From assembly GCF_988242995.1 (NCBI RefSeq), contig NZ_OZ547043.1: a stretch of DNA of 64,000 nucleotides, one strand, 5' to 3'. Below the pieces are notes generated by a model. It saw only the letters and a list, made by a program, of their open reading frames with translations. It did not search any database and was not told the DNA's origin. The translations under genes and the position numbers were made by a program. Below, in pieces: positions 11,167-20,910 of the stretch (position 1 is the first letter of the stretch; every line of letters starts with the position of its first letter).

Positions 11167-13530
11167 GTGGATATGGCAGCAGTAAAAATCTCAGGTGTGC
11201 TGAAAGATGGTGCGGGAAAACCAATACAGAACTGCACTATTCAACTGAAGGCAAAGCGTAACAGCACCACGGTACTGGTGAACACGGTGGCCTCTGAAAA
11301 TCCGGATGAAGCCGGGCGTTACAGCATGGATGTTGAGTATGGTCAGTACAGCGTCACCCTGCTGGTTGAAGGTTTTCCGCCTTCACATGCCGGGACCATT
11401 ACCGTCTATGAAGGTTCCAGACCAGGTACGCTGAATGATTTTCTCGGTGCCATGACGGAAGATGATGTCATGCCGGAGGCATTGCGTCGTTTTGAGGCAA
11501 TGGTGGAAGAAGCGGCACGCAACGCCGAAGCCGCCTCTCAGAGCGCAGCAGCGGCAAAGAAATCCGAAACTGCAGCGGCATCATCGAAGAACGCGGCGAA
11601 AACCTCAGAAACAAATGCAGCTAACAGCGCACAGGCGGCAGCGTCCTCGCAGACTGCATCGGCAAACTCCGCGACAGCAGCCAAAAAATCAGAAACCAAC
11701 GCGAAAAATAGCGAGACAGCCGCAAAGACGAGCGAAACCAACGCAAAGTCCAGCCAGACGGCAGCGAAAACAAGCGAAACGAATGCCAAAGCCAGTGAAA
11801 CTGCGGCAAAAAACAGCCAGGTTGCAGCAGCCCAAAGCGAGAGCGCGGCAGCCGGTTCTGCGACTTCAGCAGCTGGATCAGCAACTGCTGCGGCTAACAG
11901 CCAGAAAGCTGCGAAGACGAGTGAAACTAACGCAAAGTCCAGCCAGACGGCAGCGAAGACCAGCGAAACGAATGCCAAAGCCAGCGAAACTGCGGCGAAA
12001 AACAGTCAGGATGCAGCAGCCCAAAGCGAGAGTGCTGCAGCTGGTTCTGCCACTGCATCAGCCAACAGTCAAAAAGCAGCAAAAACCAGTGAAACCAATG
12101 CAAAGACAAGCGAGACTGCAGCGGCGAACTCGGCGAAAGCATCCGCTGCAAGCCAGACCGCTGCAAAAGCAAGTGAAGACGCAGCCAGAGAGTATGCAAG
12201 CCAGGCAGCAGATCCGTATAAATATGTCTTACAGCCGCTGCCTGATGTGTGGATACCGTTTAACGATTCACTGGATATGATTACGGGCTTTTCGCCATCA
12301 TATAAAAAGATTGTTATTGGTGACGACGAAATAACGATGCCTGGCGACAAGATTGTTAAGTTTAAACGTGCATCGAAAGCAACCTATATTAACAAATCTG
12401 GTGTGTTGACAGAGGCTGCCATTGATGAGCCACGATTTGAACGTGATGGCCTGCTTATTGAGGGGCAAAGAACTAATCTTCTGCTTAATTCAACAAATCC
12501 ATCTAAATGGAATAAGTCAGGCAATCTGGAACTCACAGAAATATCCACGGATTCTTTTAATTTTACTTATGGGAGATTTACTGTAAAAGATACTCTTATT
12601 GGTCAGACAAGTGCTATTAATATCGTAACGATTTCTGGCAGTAAAGGGTTTGATGTCACAGGTGATGAAAAATATGTGACCATTTCATGCCGTGTAAGAA
12701 GTGATGTTGAAAATATAAGGTGTCGTTTAAGATTTGAACACCATGATGGTTATACTTACACTTTTTTGGGAGATGCTTACCTCAATTTATCAACACTTGT
12801 AATTGATAAAACTGGTACTGCTGCAGACCGTATTATTGCAAAGGCTGTAAAAGATGAGGTTACTGGTTGGATTTTCTATCAGGCTACAATTAATGCACTA
12901 GATACAGAGAGCATGATTGGTGCGATGGTTCAATACGCTCCTGTAAAAGGTTCAGGTACAGCATCTGGAGACTATCTGGATATCGCAACTCCACAAGTGG
13001 AAGGTGGATCAAGTGCTTCGTCATTTATTGTAACTGATATAACTGCAAGCACTCGCGCAAGCGATATGGTGACAGTCCCAATCAAGAATAACCTTTATAA
13101 TCTTCCTTTTACGGTTCTTTGTGAGGTACATAAGAACTGGTATAAAACGCCAAATGCAGCACCGCGTGTTTTTGATACCGGCGGTCATCAAACCGGAGCG
13201 GCTATTATTCTTGGCTTCGGTCGTTCAACAGATTACGACGGATTTCCTTATTGTGATATAGGTTTGGCTAACAGACGGGTAAACGAAAACGCATCGCTTG
13301 AAAAAATGGTTATGGGGATGCGTGTAAAGTCAGATCAGTCTACGTGCTCAGTAAGTAACGGGCGTATATCCAGCGAAAAGAAAGCCACATGGTCCTATAT
13401 TCAGAACTCCGCAATTATCCGTATTGGAGGCCAGACTACAGCCGGGTTGCGTCATTTATTTGGTCATGTCAGGAATTTCAGAATATGGCACAAGGCATTG
13501 ACTGATGCTCAGATGGGGGAGTCAATCTAA
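11167..13530 (+). CDS. stf: Side tail fibre protein (Stf-like) with a replaced C-terminal receptor-binding region
   Basis: 787 aa; N-terminal region with Ala/Ser/Thr-rich KTSETNAK-type repeats typical of Stf; the C-terminal ~400 aa are markedly AT-richer by eye and end in a motif (GHVRNFRIWHKALTDAQM) reminiscent of ConA/LamG-like lectin folds. Confidence 0.8.
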   Translation: MDMAAVKISGVLKDGAGKPIQNCTIQLKAKRNSTTVLVNTVASENPDEAGRYSMDVEYGQYSVTLLVEGFPPSHAGTITVYEGSRPGTLNDFLGAMTEDDVMPEALRRFEAMVEEAARNAEAASQSAAAAKKSETAAASSKNAAKTSETNAANSAQAAASSQTASANSATAAKKSETNAKNSETAAKTSETNAKSSQTAAKTSETNAKASETAAKNSQVAAAQSESAAAGSATSAAGSATAAANSQKAAKTSETNAKSSQTAAKTSETNAKASETAAKNSQDAAAQSESAAAGSATASANSQKAAKTSETNAKTSETAAANSAKASAASQTAAKASEDAAREYASQAADPYKYVLQPLPDVWIPFNDSLDMITGFSPSYKKIVIGDDEITMPGDKIVKFKRASKATYINKSGVLTEAAIDEPRFERDGLLIEGQRTNLLLNSTNPSKWNKSGNLELTEISTDSFNFTYGRFTVKDTLIGQTSAINIVTISGSKGFDVTGDEKYVTISCRVRSDVENIRCRLRFEHHDGYTYTFLGDAYLNLSTLVIDKTGTAADRIIAKAVKDEVTGWIFYQATINALDTESMIGAMVQYAPVKGSGTASGDYLDIATPQVEGGSSASSFIVTDITASTRASDMVTVPIKNNLYNLPFTVLCEVHKNWYKTPNAAPRVFDTGGHQTGAAIILGFGRSTDYDGFPYCDIGLANRRVNENASLEKMVMGMRVKSDQSTCSVSNGRISSEKKATWSYIQNSAIIRIGGQTTAGLRHLFGHVRNFRIWHKALTDAQMGESI

Positions 13531-13811
13531 TGAAAGATTTAACACTCAAATTTGCAGACAGGGCCGACTTTTCGGCCTTTATGGATAGCATTGGCTATTA
13601 TGATGACGAGTCGATGCAGGATGATATTCTTATTGACGTGATAGGTAACGTGTACAAAGAAACCGGAGAACTGACTGAAGATGGCGAACCGGTATGTGTT
13701 AAGGAAGACGGATATTTTGTAAACGTGCGCATCATTAATGATGCAAAAAAATCGTCAATATTCGATGAATACGCGGTTGTAGTTGAACATCAACTTCGTG
13801 GCTGGATGTGA
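13530..13811 (+). CDS. Hypothetical acidic 93-aa protein; possible tail-fibre chaperone
   Basis: ATG overlaps the stf stop (TAATG), suggesting translational coupling; no family recognised. Confidence 0.4.
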   Translation: MKDLTLKFADRADFSAFMDSIGYYDDESMQDDILIDVIGNVYKETGELTEDGEPVCVKEDGYFVNVRIINDAKKSSIFDEYAVVVEHQLRGWM

Positions 13812-13820
13812 GGGAGACAA

Positions 13821-14525
13821 ATGGCTACATCGACAGTAATTCCAGGAGACATCACCACGTTAAAGGGAGATGTCAGTAAAGCCAAGGAAGATATTTCCTC
13901 AATTAACGGAAAAGTATCAACGCTTCAGGCTGATATGACCAGTGCAAAGCAGGATATCAGCACCAGATACACAAAAACTGAAGTTGATAATAAGCTGAAA
14001 AACAAACTGGAAGTGAACGCTCTGGAAAGCGGTCGTTATGGTGGAGATTTTTACCCGTTGACTGGCCGTGAAGCGTTTTATTTGTGGGGATTGGGCACGA
14101 CTACAGCGGCGGCAAACCTTTATCTTAATCCTGACCCCGCAATTTCGTCTGTGCTGCGGTCAACATCGTCTATCCGCTATAAACATTCAGTAGAGACAAT
14201 AGATTCAGAGCACGCCGAACTCATTTTCAGGATGCGCCCTGTGTGGTACAGGTCACAATGCGAAAATGACAGGCGTGACTGGGGATTCTACGGATTGATT
14301 GCCGAGGAAGTAGGAGAAATTGCCCCTCAGTTTGTACACTGGCGACCAGCTAACGAAGATGATGCACCGGAAGCTATTTCCAGCAATGGCCTTGTTGCCG
14401 AAGGTGTAATGTACGAACGTCTGGTTGTTCCACTGATTCACCATATCCAGAAGCTGACTGAAAGAGTTGATGAACTTGAGTCAGAATTAAAGTTGTTATC
14501 CGTTTCCCGAAGCGATATCGGATAA
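13821..14525 (+). CDS. Short fibre-like protein: N-terminal coiled coil plus C-terminal intramolecular-chaperone (peptidase S74-like) domain
   Basis: 234 aa; heptad-repeat N-terminus; C-terminal region (RPVWYRSQ...WGFYGLIAEEVGEIAPQFV...MYERLVVPLIHHIQKLTERVDELESEL) matches, from memory, the self-cleaving chaperone domain of endosialidase and T5 L-shaped tail fibres. Confidence 0.5.
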   Translation: MATSTVIPGDITTLKGDVSKAKEDISSINGKVSTLQADMTSAKQDISTRYTKTEVDNKLKNKLEVNALESGRYGGDFYPLTGREAFYLWGLGTTTAAANLYLNPDPAISSVLRSTSSIRYKHSVETIDSEHAELIFRMRPVWYRSQCENDRRDWGFYGLIAEEVGEIAPQFVHWRPANEDDAPEAISSNGLVAEGVMYERLVVPLIHHIQKLTERVDELESELKLLSVSRSDIG

Positions 14526-14535
14526 AGGAGGAGTA

Positions 14536-14829
14536 ATGGATATAACACCTTTCCTTCATGCGCTTTGTGCTGTGGCTGCGCAGCTACTGATTGGTCTTTT
14601 TACCGGGAACTGGGCTTACGGGGCGATAGCCGGTTGTACGTTCTTCATTGCGCGTGAACACACCCAGGCAGAATATCGCTGGATCGAAATGTTCGGGCAT
14701 GGCAAGCGAATGAATATGCCGTGGTGGGGCGGTTTTGATCCGCGCGCGTGGGATGTGGCAAGCCTGATGGATTTTGCTGTGCCGGTGGTGGCGTGTCTGC
14801 TGGTCTGGCTGTTGGTTAATCGTGGGTGA
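14536..14829 (+). CDS. Hypothetical small membrane protein
   Basis: 97 aa with two to three hydrophobic segments; GC-rich coding sequence; function unknown. Confidence 0.35.
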   Translation: MDITPFLHALCAVAAQLLIGLFTGNWAYGAIAGCTFFIAREHTQAEYRWIEMFGHGKRMNMPWWGGFDPRAWDVASLMDFAVPVVACLLVWLLVNRG

Positions 14830-14839
14830 AAAAAGGTGA

Positions 14840-14968
14840 GCTGTATATGCAACGGAGGAAGAAACCCCGTTGCTGGAAGCCTGGAAAAAGTATCGGATGC
14901 TGCTGAACCGTGTTGATACATCAACTGCACCTGATATTGAGTGGCCTACGAACCCTGTCAGGGAGTAA
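14840..14968 (+). pseudogene. tfa: 3' remnant of a tail fibre assembly gene (tfa), lacking start and N-terminal part
   Basis: Frame-2 translation gives ...[36 protein letters not shown], which matches the conserved C-terminus of lambda/P2-type Tfa proteins as I recall it; an in-frame stop lies immediately upstream (14837-14839). Confidence 0.55.
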
Positions 14969-15180
14969 TCATTGGGATTATGCCGCAGAAACGTTGTATG
15001 CAATAACGTTCTGCGGTTGGCTGATGCACTTTCGAGAGTGCATGTATTGAATTATTTCCAGCTATTATCGATTTTACGTATTTTTTGCATGAGAGAATTT
15101 GTACCTCCTCCCAACAACGACCTTCCATGACTTTCCGGACTTCTGTGGGCCAGCGGACGATGCTGCCCTCGGATGTTGTG

Positions 15181-16038
15181 CTAATTGGGTGATGACAAAT
15201 CCTGTGTATGGGTGTTTCCCTTTGTGCGTGCGTTGATGCTGGTAACGGTGAACGTCATGATGAACACAACCGCGAATAAGACGACAATCGTCGGAGCTGG
15301 TGCACTGTCGATAAAAAAGGACAACCAGACACCAGTCATTGACACTATTACCGATATGCCAATCGCCAGTAGGAGCGCAATATGAAAGCGTTGTGTCAGG
15401 AGTACCGCAATGGCGCCAGGCGCAATGAGCAGAGAAATGGAGAGAATGATACCTACCGCTTTCAGCGTCGCCACAATGGTCAGAGAGACCATGCACAGCA
15501 GCCCATAATGCAGACATCTCGTATGCAAACCGCTTACCTGCGCCTGTTGATAATCAAAGCTGAACAGCAAAAAATCCCGCCATTTTACGCTAATAACAAG
15601 TGTAACCAGCCCGGCAATAATCACCGTCTGGATTATATCGCCGATGGTTACCCCGAGCATGTCGCCGAAAAGAATATGGTCAAGATGTACGTCTGGTTTG
15701 ACTGCAATATACAAGATCAGACCTGCGGCAAACATGCCAGAAAAAACAATCCCCATCACTGTATCTTGCTTGATTCGGCTGTTGTCTTTCAGGTATCCCG
15801 TCGCCACCGCGCAGAATACTCCGGCGACGAATGCCCCTGTAGCCAGAGGTAACCCCAGAATCCAGGCAAGCACGATGCCAGGAAAAACCGCATGACTCAT
15901 CGCGTCACCCATCAGTGCCCAACCTTTCAGGACCAGAAAGACCGACAGCAGCGCACAGGGTATGGAAACTACCAGTGAAATCAGCAGTGCGTGACTCATA
16001 AAGGTGAACTGCAGTGGCTCCAGTAATAATGCCATCAT
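15181..16038 (-). CDS. sitD: Mn/Fe ABC transporter permease SitD
   Basis: 285-aa polytopic membrane protein of the ABC-3 (ZnuB/MntB) type; last gene of a four-gene operon with overlapping stop/start codons. Confidence 0.8.
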   Translation of the reverse strand: MMALLLEPLQFTFMSHALLISLVVSIPCALLSVFLVLKGWALMGDAMSHAVFPGIVLAWILGLPLATGAFVAGVFCAVATGYLKDNSRIKQDTVMGIVFSGMFAAGLILYIAVKPDVHLDHILFGDMLGVTIGDIIQTVIIAGLVTLVISVKWRDFLLFSFDYQQAQVSGLHTRCLHYGLLCMVSLTIVATLKAVGIILSISLLIAPGAIAVLLTQRFHIALLLAIGISVIVSMTGVWLSFFIDSAPAPTIVVLFAVVFIMTFTVTSINARTKGNTHTQDLSSPN

Positions 16039-16892
16039 GAGCGATCCTCCAGCGCTTTATGCGCACGCCGACGATTTGCCAAAAGCCCATGGGTGGGCGC
16101 AAATACAAATGCTAAAAGAAACAGCAGTGTCTGCGCCACCACGATGATTCCACCTGTCGCGCCGTCCAGAAAGTAACTGACCCACGCGCCGAGGAAACTG
16201 GTTACACTGCCAATAGTTACAGCAATTATGAGCAGGCGGGGAAAACGATCGGTTAACAACCATGCTGTTGCACCGGGAGTCACCACCAGACAGATCACCA
16301 GAAAGGCACCAACCGTTTGCAGCGCCGCAACGGTCGAAACCGACAGCAGGGTGAAGAAGAGGATTTTTAATCTGCCCGGATGCAATCCAATAGCACGAGC
16401 GTGATTCTCGTCGAAAAAGGTCACCATAAGATCTTTCCATTTGAAAAAAAGCACGATGATCGAGAGAATGCCAATGATAGTGAGTTGCAGGATATCCGCC
16501 GGATCGATTGCCAGAATATTGCCCAGGACGATGGTCTGAATGTTCACGGATGTCGGGTTCAATGACACCATAAACAGCCCCAGGCCAAAAAAGGAGGAGA
16601 AGATCAGGCCGATGATGGCATCTTCTTTTAAGCGAGTGCGTTGGTTAAGAAACAGCATGCTGCCCGCTGCCAGTCCGCCGGAAAAGAAGGCTCCCAGAGA
16701 AAACGGAAGCCCCAGCATATATGCCCCCGCAACACCCGGGACAATAGAGTGCGACAGCGCATCGCCAATCAGCGACCAGCCTTTTAGCATCAGATAGCAT
16801 GACAGGAAAGCGCAGAGACCGCCGACCATCGCCGAGACCCACATCGCATTGAGCATATATTCATAGCTGAAGGGTTCCAGTAGCACGTTCAT
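16035..16892 (-). CDS. sitC: Mn/Fe ABC transporter permease SitC
   Basis: 285-aa polytopic membrane protein; overlaps sitB and sitD by 4 nt each. Confidence 0.8.
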   Translation of the reverse strand: MNVLLEPFSYEYMLNAMWVSAMVGGLCAFLSCYLMLKGWSLIGDALSHSIVPGVAGAYMLGLPFSLGAFFSGGLAAGSMLFLNQRTRLKEDAIIGLIFSSFFGLGLFMVSLNPTSVNIQTIVLGNILAIDPADILQLTIIGILSIIVLFFKWKDLMVTFFDENHARAIGLHPGRLKILFFTLLSVSTVAALQTVGAFLVICLVVTPGATAWLLTDRFPRLLIIAVTIGSVTSFLGAWVSYFLDGATGGIIVVAQTLLFLLAFVFAPTHGLLANRRRAHKALEDRS

Positions 16893-17716
16893 CTTGCTTC
16901 CCCCTGCACCGCTGACGGTCGATGTGCCACAAAAGGGTGTTCATCGTCAGTAATAATGCTTTCTTCCGAGCCGTTAAGTGTGACATGGCGCAGTACGCCG
17001 CTAAAAGCCAGCTCCAGGTTCTCGGCTGTAAAAGTGGTGTCTGTCGGCCCGCTTGCCAGGACGGTGCCTTTGACCATGACCGTATAATCGCAAAATGTCG
17101 TGACTGAGCCGAGATTGTGCGTTGAGACAAGCATCGTCTTGCCTTCCGCGCGTAACTCCCTCAACAGGCTGATGATTTTCGCTTCGGTTTTCACATCAAC
17201 GCCCGTAAAAGGTTCATCCAGCAGGATCACATCACCCTGCTGTGCAATCGCTCTCGCCAGAAAGACGCGTTTCTTTTGTCCACCGGAAAGCTCGCCGATT
17301 TGTCGATGGCGAAAATCCACCATATCGACACGTTCCAGCGCATCGGTGACAATCTGACGATCCCTCTTTTTGGCTATACGCAACATACCCATGTGCCCAT
17401 AGCGGCCCATCATCACCACATCTTCCACTAGTACAGGAAATGACCAGTCAACCTCTTCTGACTGAGGGACGTAGGCAACCAGGTTTTTCTGTAGCGCCTG
17501 TCGCGTGGGAATACCCAGAACAGATATCTTTCCGCTGGTCAGACGCACAAATCCCATAATCGCTTTAAACAACGTCGATTTTCCGGAACCGTTTACCCCA
17601 ACCAGAGCGGCAATAGATCCACTTGGTACTGTGAAGGATGCATCGCGCAGTGCTGTGTGCCCGTTACGCCAGGTGACAGTAACATCATTAACGACAATGC
17701 CCGCAGATTGCATCAT
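16889..17716 (-). CDS. sitB: Mn/Fe ABC transporter ATP-binding protein SitB
   Basis: Walker [10 protein letters not shown], signature LSGGQKKR, Walker B ILLDEP. Confidence 0.85.
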   Translation of the reverse strand: MMQSAGIVVNDVTVTWRNGHTALRDASFTVPSGSIAALVGVNGSGKSTLFKAIMGFVRLTSGKISVLGIPTRQALQKNLVAYVPQSEEVDWSFPVLVEDVVMMGRYGHMGMLRIAKKRDRQIVTDALERVDMVDFRHRQIGELSGGQKKRVFLARAIAQQGDVILLDEPFTGVDVKTEAKIISLLRELRAEGKTMLVSTHNLGSVTTFCDYTVMVKGTVLASGPTDTTFTAENLELAFSGVLRHVTLNGSEESIITDDEHPFVAHRPSAVQGEAR

Positions 17717-18630
17717 TATTTCTCCCTTTTCCCGGCTTTAATTCCCTGTACCAGCGTACTGGTAGTAACCTTCAGAAGGTCGATATACGTAGGTACCGGG
17801 CCGTTTTCTGTGCTCAGGGAATCGACATAGAGTACACCGCCGTAGTGCGCGCCGGTTTCACGCGCAACCTGACGCGCTGGTTTATCGGAAATCGTACTCT
17901 CGCTAAAGACTGCCGGGATATGATTTTTCTTCACCATATCAACAACCTTACGTACCTGCTGCGGCGTGCCTTGTTGATCGGCATTAATCGGCCACAGATA
18001 AAGCTCTTTTAGCCCCAAATCGCGTGCGAGATAAGAAAAAGCCCCTTCACTGGTGACCATCCATCGCTGATTCTCAGGGAGTTCAGCAATCTGCTTACGC
18101 AGGGGGGCAAGGGTTTGGGTAATCTTGGCTTTATAAGTATCGGCATTACGTTGGTAGGTTTGTGCATTTGCCGGATCGTATTTTATCAACGCATCACGAA
18201 TATTATCGACGTAAATCAGAGCATTATCTGGCGACATCCAGGCATGGGGGTTAGGTTTGCCCTCATAGGGGCCTTCAGTGATCCCTACTGGCGTCACACC
18301 CGAAGAGACAATTACTTCTGGAACCCCATTAAGATGCTGGTAAAAGCGTTGGAACCACAATTCCAGATTCATACCATTGGCGAGAATCAGTTGTGCCCCC
18401 TGCGCACGTTTAATATCGCCAGGGGTAGGCTGATACTCATGAATTTCTGCACCGGGCTTGGTTATGGATGAGACTTCTGCAGCATCTCCAGCCACGTTTT
18501 TGGCCATATCTGCGATGATGGTAAATGTTGTAATGACCTTGAATTTTTCAGTTGCACTCGCCTGAAATGCGATCGAGCAGGTGAGGGCGAGGCACCCCAA
18601 GAGCATGGTTACTTTTTTTATTGAGTACAT
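17716..18630 (-). CDS. sitA: Periplasmic metal-binding protein SitA (cluster A-I substrate-binding protein)
   Basis: 304 aa with a signal peptide; first gene of the operon; MntR and Fur boxes lie upstream. Confidence 0.85.
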   Translation of the reverse strand: MYSIKKVTMLLGCLALTCSIAFQASATEKFKVITTFTIIADMAKNVAGDAAEVSSITKPGAEIHEYQPTPGDIKRAQGAQLILANGMNLELWFQRFYQHLNGVPEVIVSSGVTPVGITEGPYEGKPNPHAWMSPDNALIYVDNIRDALIKYDPANAQTYQRNADTYKAKITQTLAPLRKQIAELPENQRWMVTSEGAFSYLARDLGLKELYLWPINADQQGTPQQVRKVVDMVKKNHIPAVFSESTISDKPARQVARETGAHYGGVLYVDSLSTENGPVPTYIDLLKVTTSTLVQGIKAGKREK

Positions 18631-18662
18631 AATTTAGTACCTATAGTGAGCAAAATTAGAAC

Positions 18663-18684
18663 AAACATAGCAACGGCTATGTTT
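18663..18684 (-). promoter_or_regulatory. MntR-box palindrome upstream of sitA
   Basis: AAACATAGCAACGGCTATGTTT, a perfect 9-bp inverted repeat matching the MntR operator type, ~33 bp upstream of the sitA start. Confidence 0.6.
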
Positions 18685-18703
18685 TATAGCACAACCTATA
18701 CAA

Positions 18704-18722
18704 AATGAAAATGATTATCATT
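18704..18722 (-). promoter_or_regulatory. Fur box upstream of sitA
   Basis: AATGAAAATGATTATCATT; about 16 of 19 positions match GATAATGATAATCATTATC. Confidence 0.55.
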
Positions 18723-18840
18723 AGCAGCTTTGGGGCCCAAAACAGGGATTAGGTTGTTTCCTGCTGGCGACGCGTTATTGAGGAAAAAAGTAAGGCAGCT
18801 AGTAGGCTTTGAAATGACTTGATGAGGAAAATTGTTGATG

Positions 18841-18892
18841 GCAAAAATGGGGCAAAGCGCTGCAAAAGGGGCAAAAAAGGGGCAAAAAAAGA
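18841..18892. repeat. Phased G-GCAAAA A-tract repeats (five copies at ~10-11 bp spacing); predicted intrinsically bent DNA
   Basis: gcaaaaatggggcaaagcgctgcaaaaggggcaaaaaaggggcaaaaaaag, with repeat starts at about 18841, 18852, 18862, 18871 and 18882. Confidence 0.5.
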
Positions 18893-19184
18893 GTGGGTTA
18901 TCGTAGCTTATTGTTGTCGCTGATGATATTTAACACATTGAAAAATAAGTAAAATACTTATGAGTCAGAGAGTTGTGATTTTTGCCCTTACTTGTTCAGG
19001 TTGTATTGTTCTTTCTTACTAAATTCTTGATTTTGCGACATTTAAAAGCGACTCAATTCGTTATATGGCATCAGAAGAGTATGCGTCATGCCGGAACGCC
19101 CAGCATAAGAAATCTGATATAAAAACTGTGGCGTGTATGGTACGGATTAGAGGGGAAAATGTCAGCACATTTGCGAAATGAATC

Positions 19185-19210
19185 AAAAAGCCCGCAGGAA
19201 TGTGCGGGCG
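19185..19210 (-). terminator. Intrinsic terminator downstream of uspF
   Basis: On the minus strand, a gcccgca-cattcc-tgcgggc hairpin followed by TTTTTG. Confidence 0.55.
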
Positions 19211-19216
19211 TTAGTG

Positions 19217-19732
<516 letters not shown>

Positions 19733-19759
19733 TTAGATCAAAGGAGGAAGAATAAGCAG

Positions 19760-19783
19760 AAAAAGCCCGCCATAACAGCGGGC
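19760..19783 (-). terminator. Intrinsic terminator downstream of ompN
   Basis: On the minus strand, a gcccgc-tgttat-ggcgggc hairpin followed by TTTTTC. Confidence 0.55.
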
Positions 19784-19791
19784 AGGAGGAT

Positions 19792-20910
19792 TTAGAACTG
19801 ATAAACCAGACCTAAAGCGACAATATCATCGGTAGAGATGCCGTTGGCAGCGTAGAAGCTGTCATCTTCATCCAACAGGTTGATTTTATAGTCAACATAA
19901 GTGGACATGTTTTTATTGAAATAGTAAGTCGCGCCAACATCGGCGTATTTAACCAGATCTTTATCACCGTCGGTACCGACCAAATCCTTGCCTTTAGACA
20001 TCAGGAAAGAGACTGCCGGACGCAGCCCAAAATCGAACTGATACTGCGCAGTAACTTCAAAGTTCTGGGTTTTGTTGGCAATCGTATTTGTTGAATCACC
20101 GTAAGGTGTCATGTTACGCGTTTCAGAATACATGGTCGCCAGGTAGATATTGTTAGCATCGTATTTTGCCCCGGCAGTCCAGGCATCTGCCTTATCGCCT
20201 TTTGCGGTAGAGAATTCAGCCTGCTGGTTAGTGCGATCGGAACTGGTATAGGCGGCACCAAAACTCATGCCCATACCTAAGTCGTAGGTAGTAGAGATGC
20301 CAAGACCGTCGCCATTGGCGTTCTTAATGTTTCGATCACCACCGTTTGCGGTACCTTCTTGCTCATGGGTGACCTGGTTTTCATTCGCACCCTGGTACTG
20401 TAACGCAAAATTCAGACCATCAACCAGACCGAAGAAATCAGTATTACGATAGGTTGCTACGCCATTGGCTCGACCGGTCATATAGTTATCGGCTTTGGTA
20501 TAAGAGTCACCACCGAATTCCGGTAGCATATCGGTCCAGCCTTCGATGTCGTACATTACGCCATAATTACGACCATAGTCGAATGAACCCAGGTCACCAA
20601 ATTTCAGACCGGCAAAAGCAAGACGAGTCCAGGAATCACCTTTATCACCTTCAGAGCCATTAGCCTGCACGTTATATTCCCACTGGCCATACCCAACCAG
20701 TTGATCCGTGATTTGCGTTTCACCCTTAAAACCAAAACGCACATAAGTTTGATCACCATCACTATTGGTATTATCAGAAAAATAATGCAGGCCATCAACT
20801 TTGCCATACAGATCTAATTTGTTGCCGTCTTTATTATAAACTTCGGCTGCATGTGCAGCACCTGCGGCGAGCAGGGCAGGAATTAAAAGTGCCAGTACTT
20901 TGCTTTTCAT
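19792..20910 (-). CDS. ompN: Outer membrane porin OmpN (OmpC/OmpF family)
   Basis: 372 aa; signal peptide [21 protein letters not shown], porin-like body, C-terminal ...GLVYQF. Confidence 0.8.
   Translation of the reverse strand: MKSKVLALLIPALLAAGAAHAAEVYNKDGNKLDLYGKVDGLHYFSDNTNSDGDQTYVRFGFKGETQITDQLVGYGQWEYNVQANGSEGDKGDSWTRLAFAGLKFGDLGSFDYGRNYGVMYDIEGWTDMLPEFGGDSYTKADNYMTGRANGVATYRNTDFFGLVDGLNFALQYQGANENQVTHEQEGTANGGDRNIKNANGDGLGISTTYDLGMGMSFGAAYTSSDRTNQQAEFSTAKGDKADAWTAGAKYDANNIYLATMYSETRNMTPYGDSTNTIANKTQNFEVTAQYQFDFGLRPAVSFLMSKGKDLVGTDGDKDLVKYADVGATYYFNKNMSTYVDYKINLLDEDDSFYAANGISTDDIVALGLVYQF

Noticed and set aside
11462-12280. 272-aa extremely Arg/Lys/Gln-rich ORF in an alternative frame of stf
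   Set aside because: Overlaps the Ala/Ser/Thr-repeat region of stf in another frame; the composition is a by-product of the repetitive codons.
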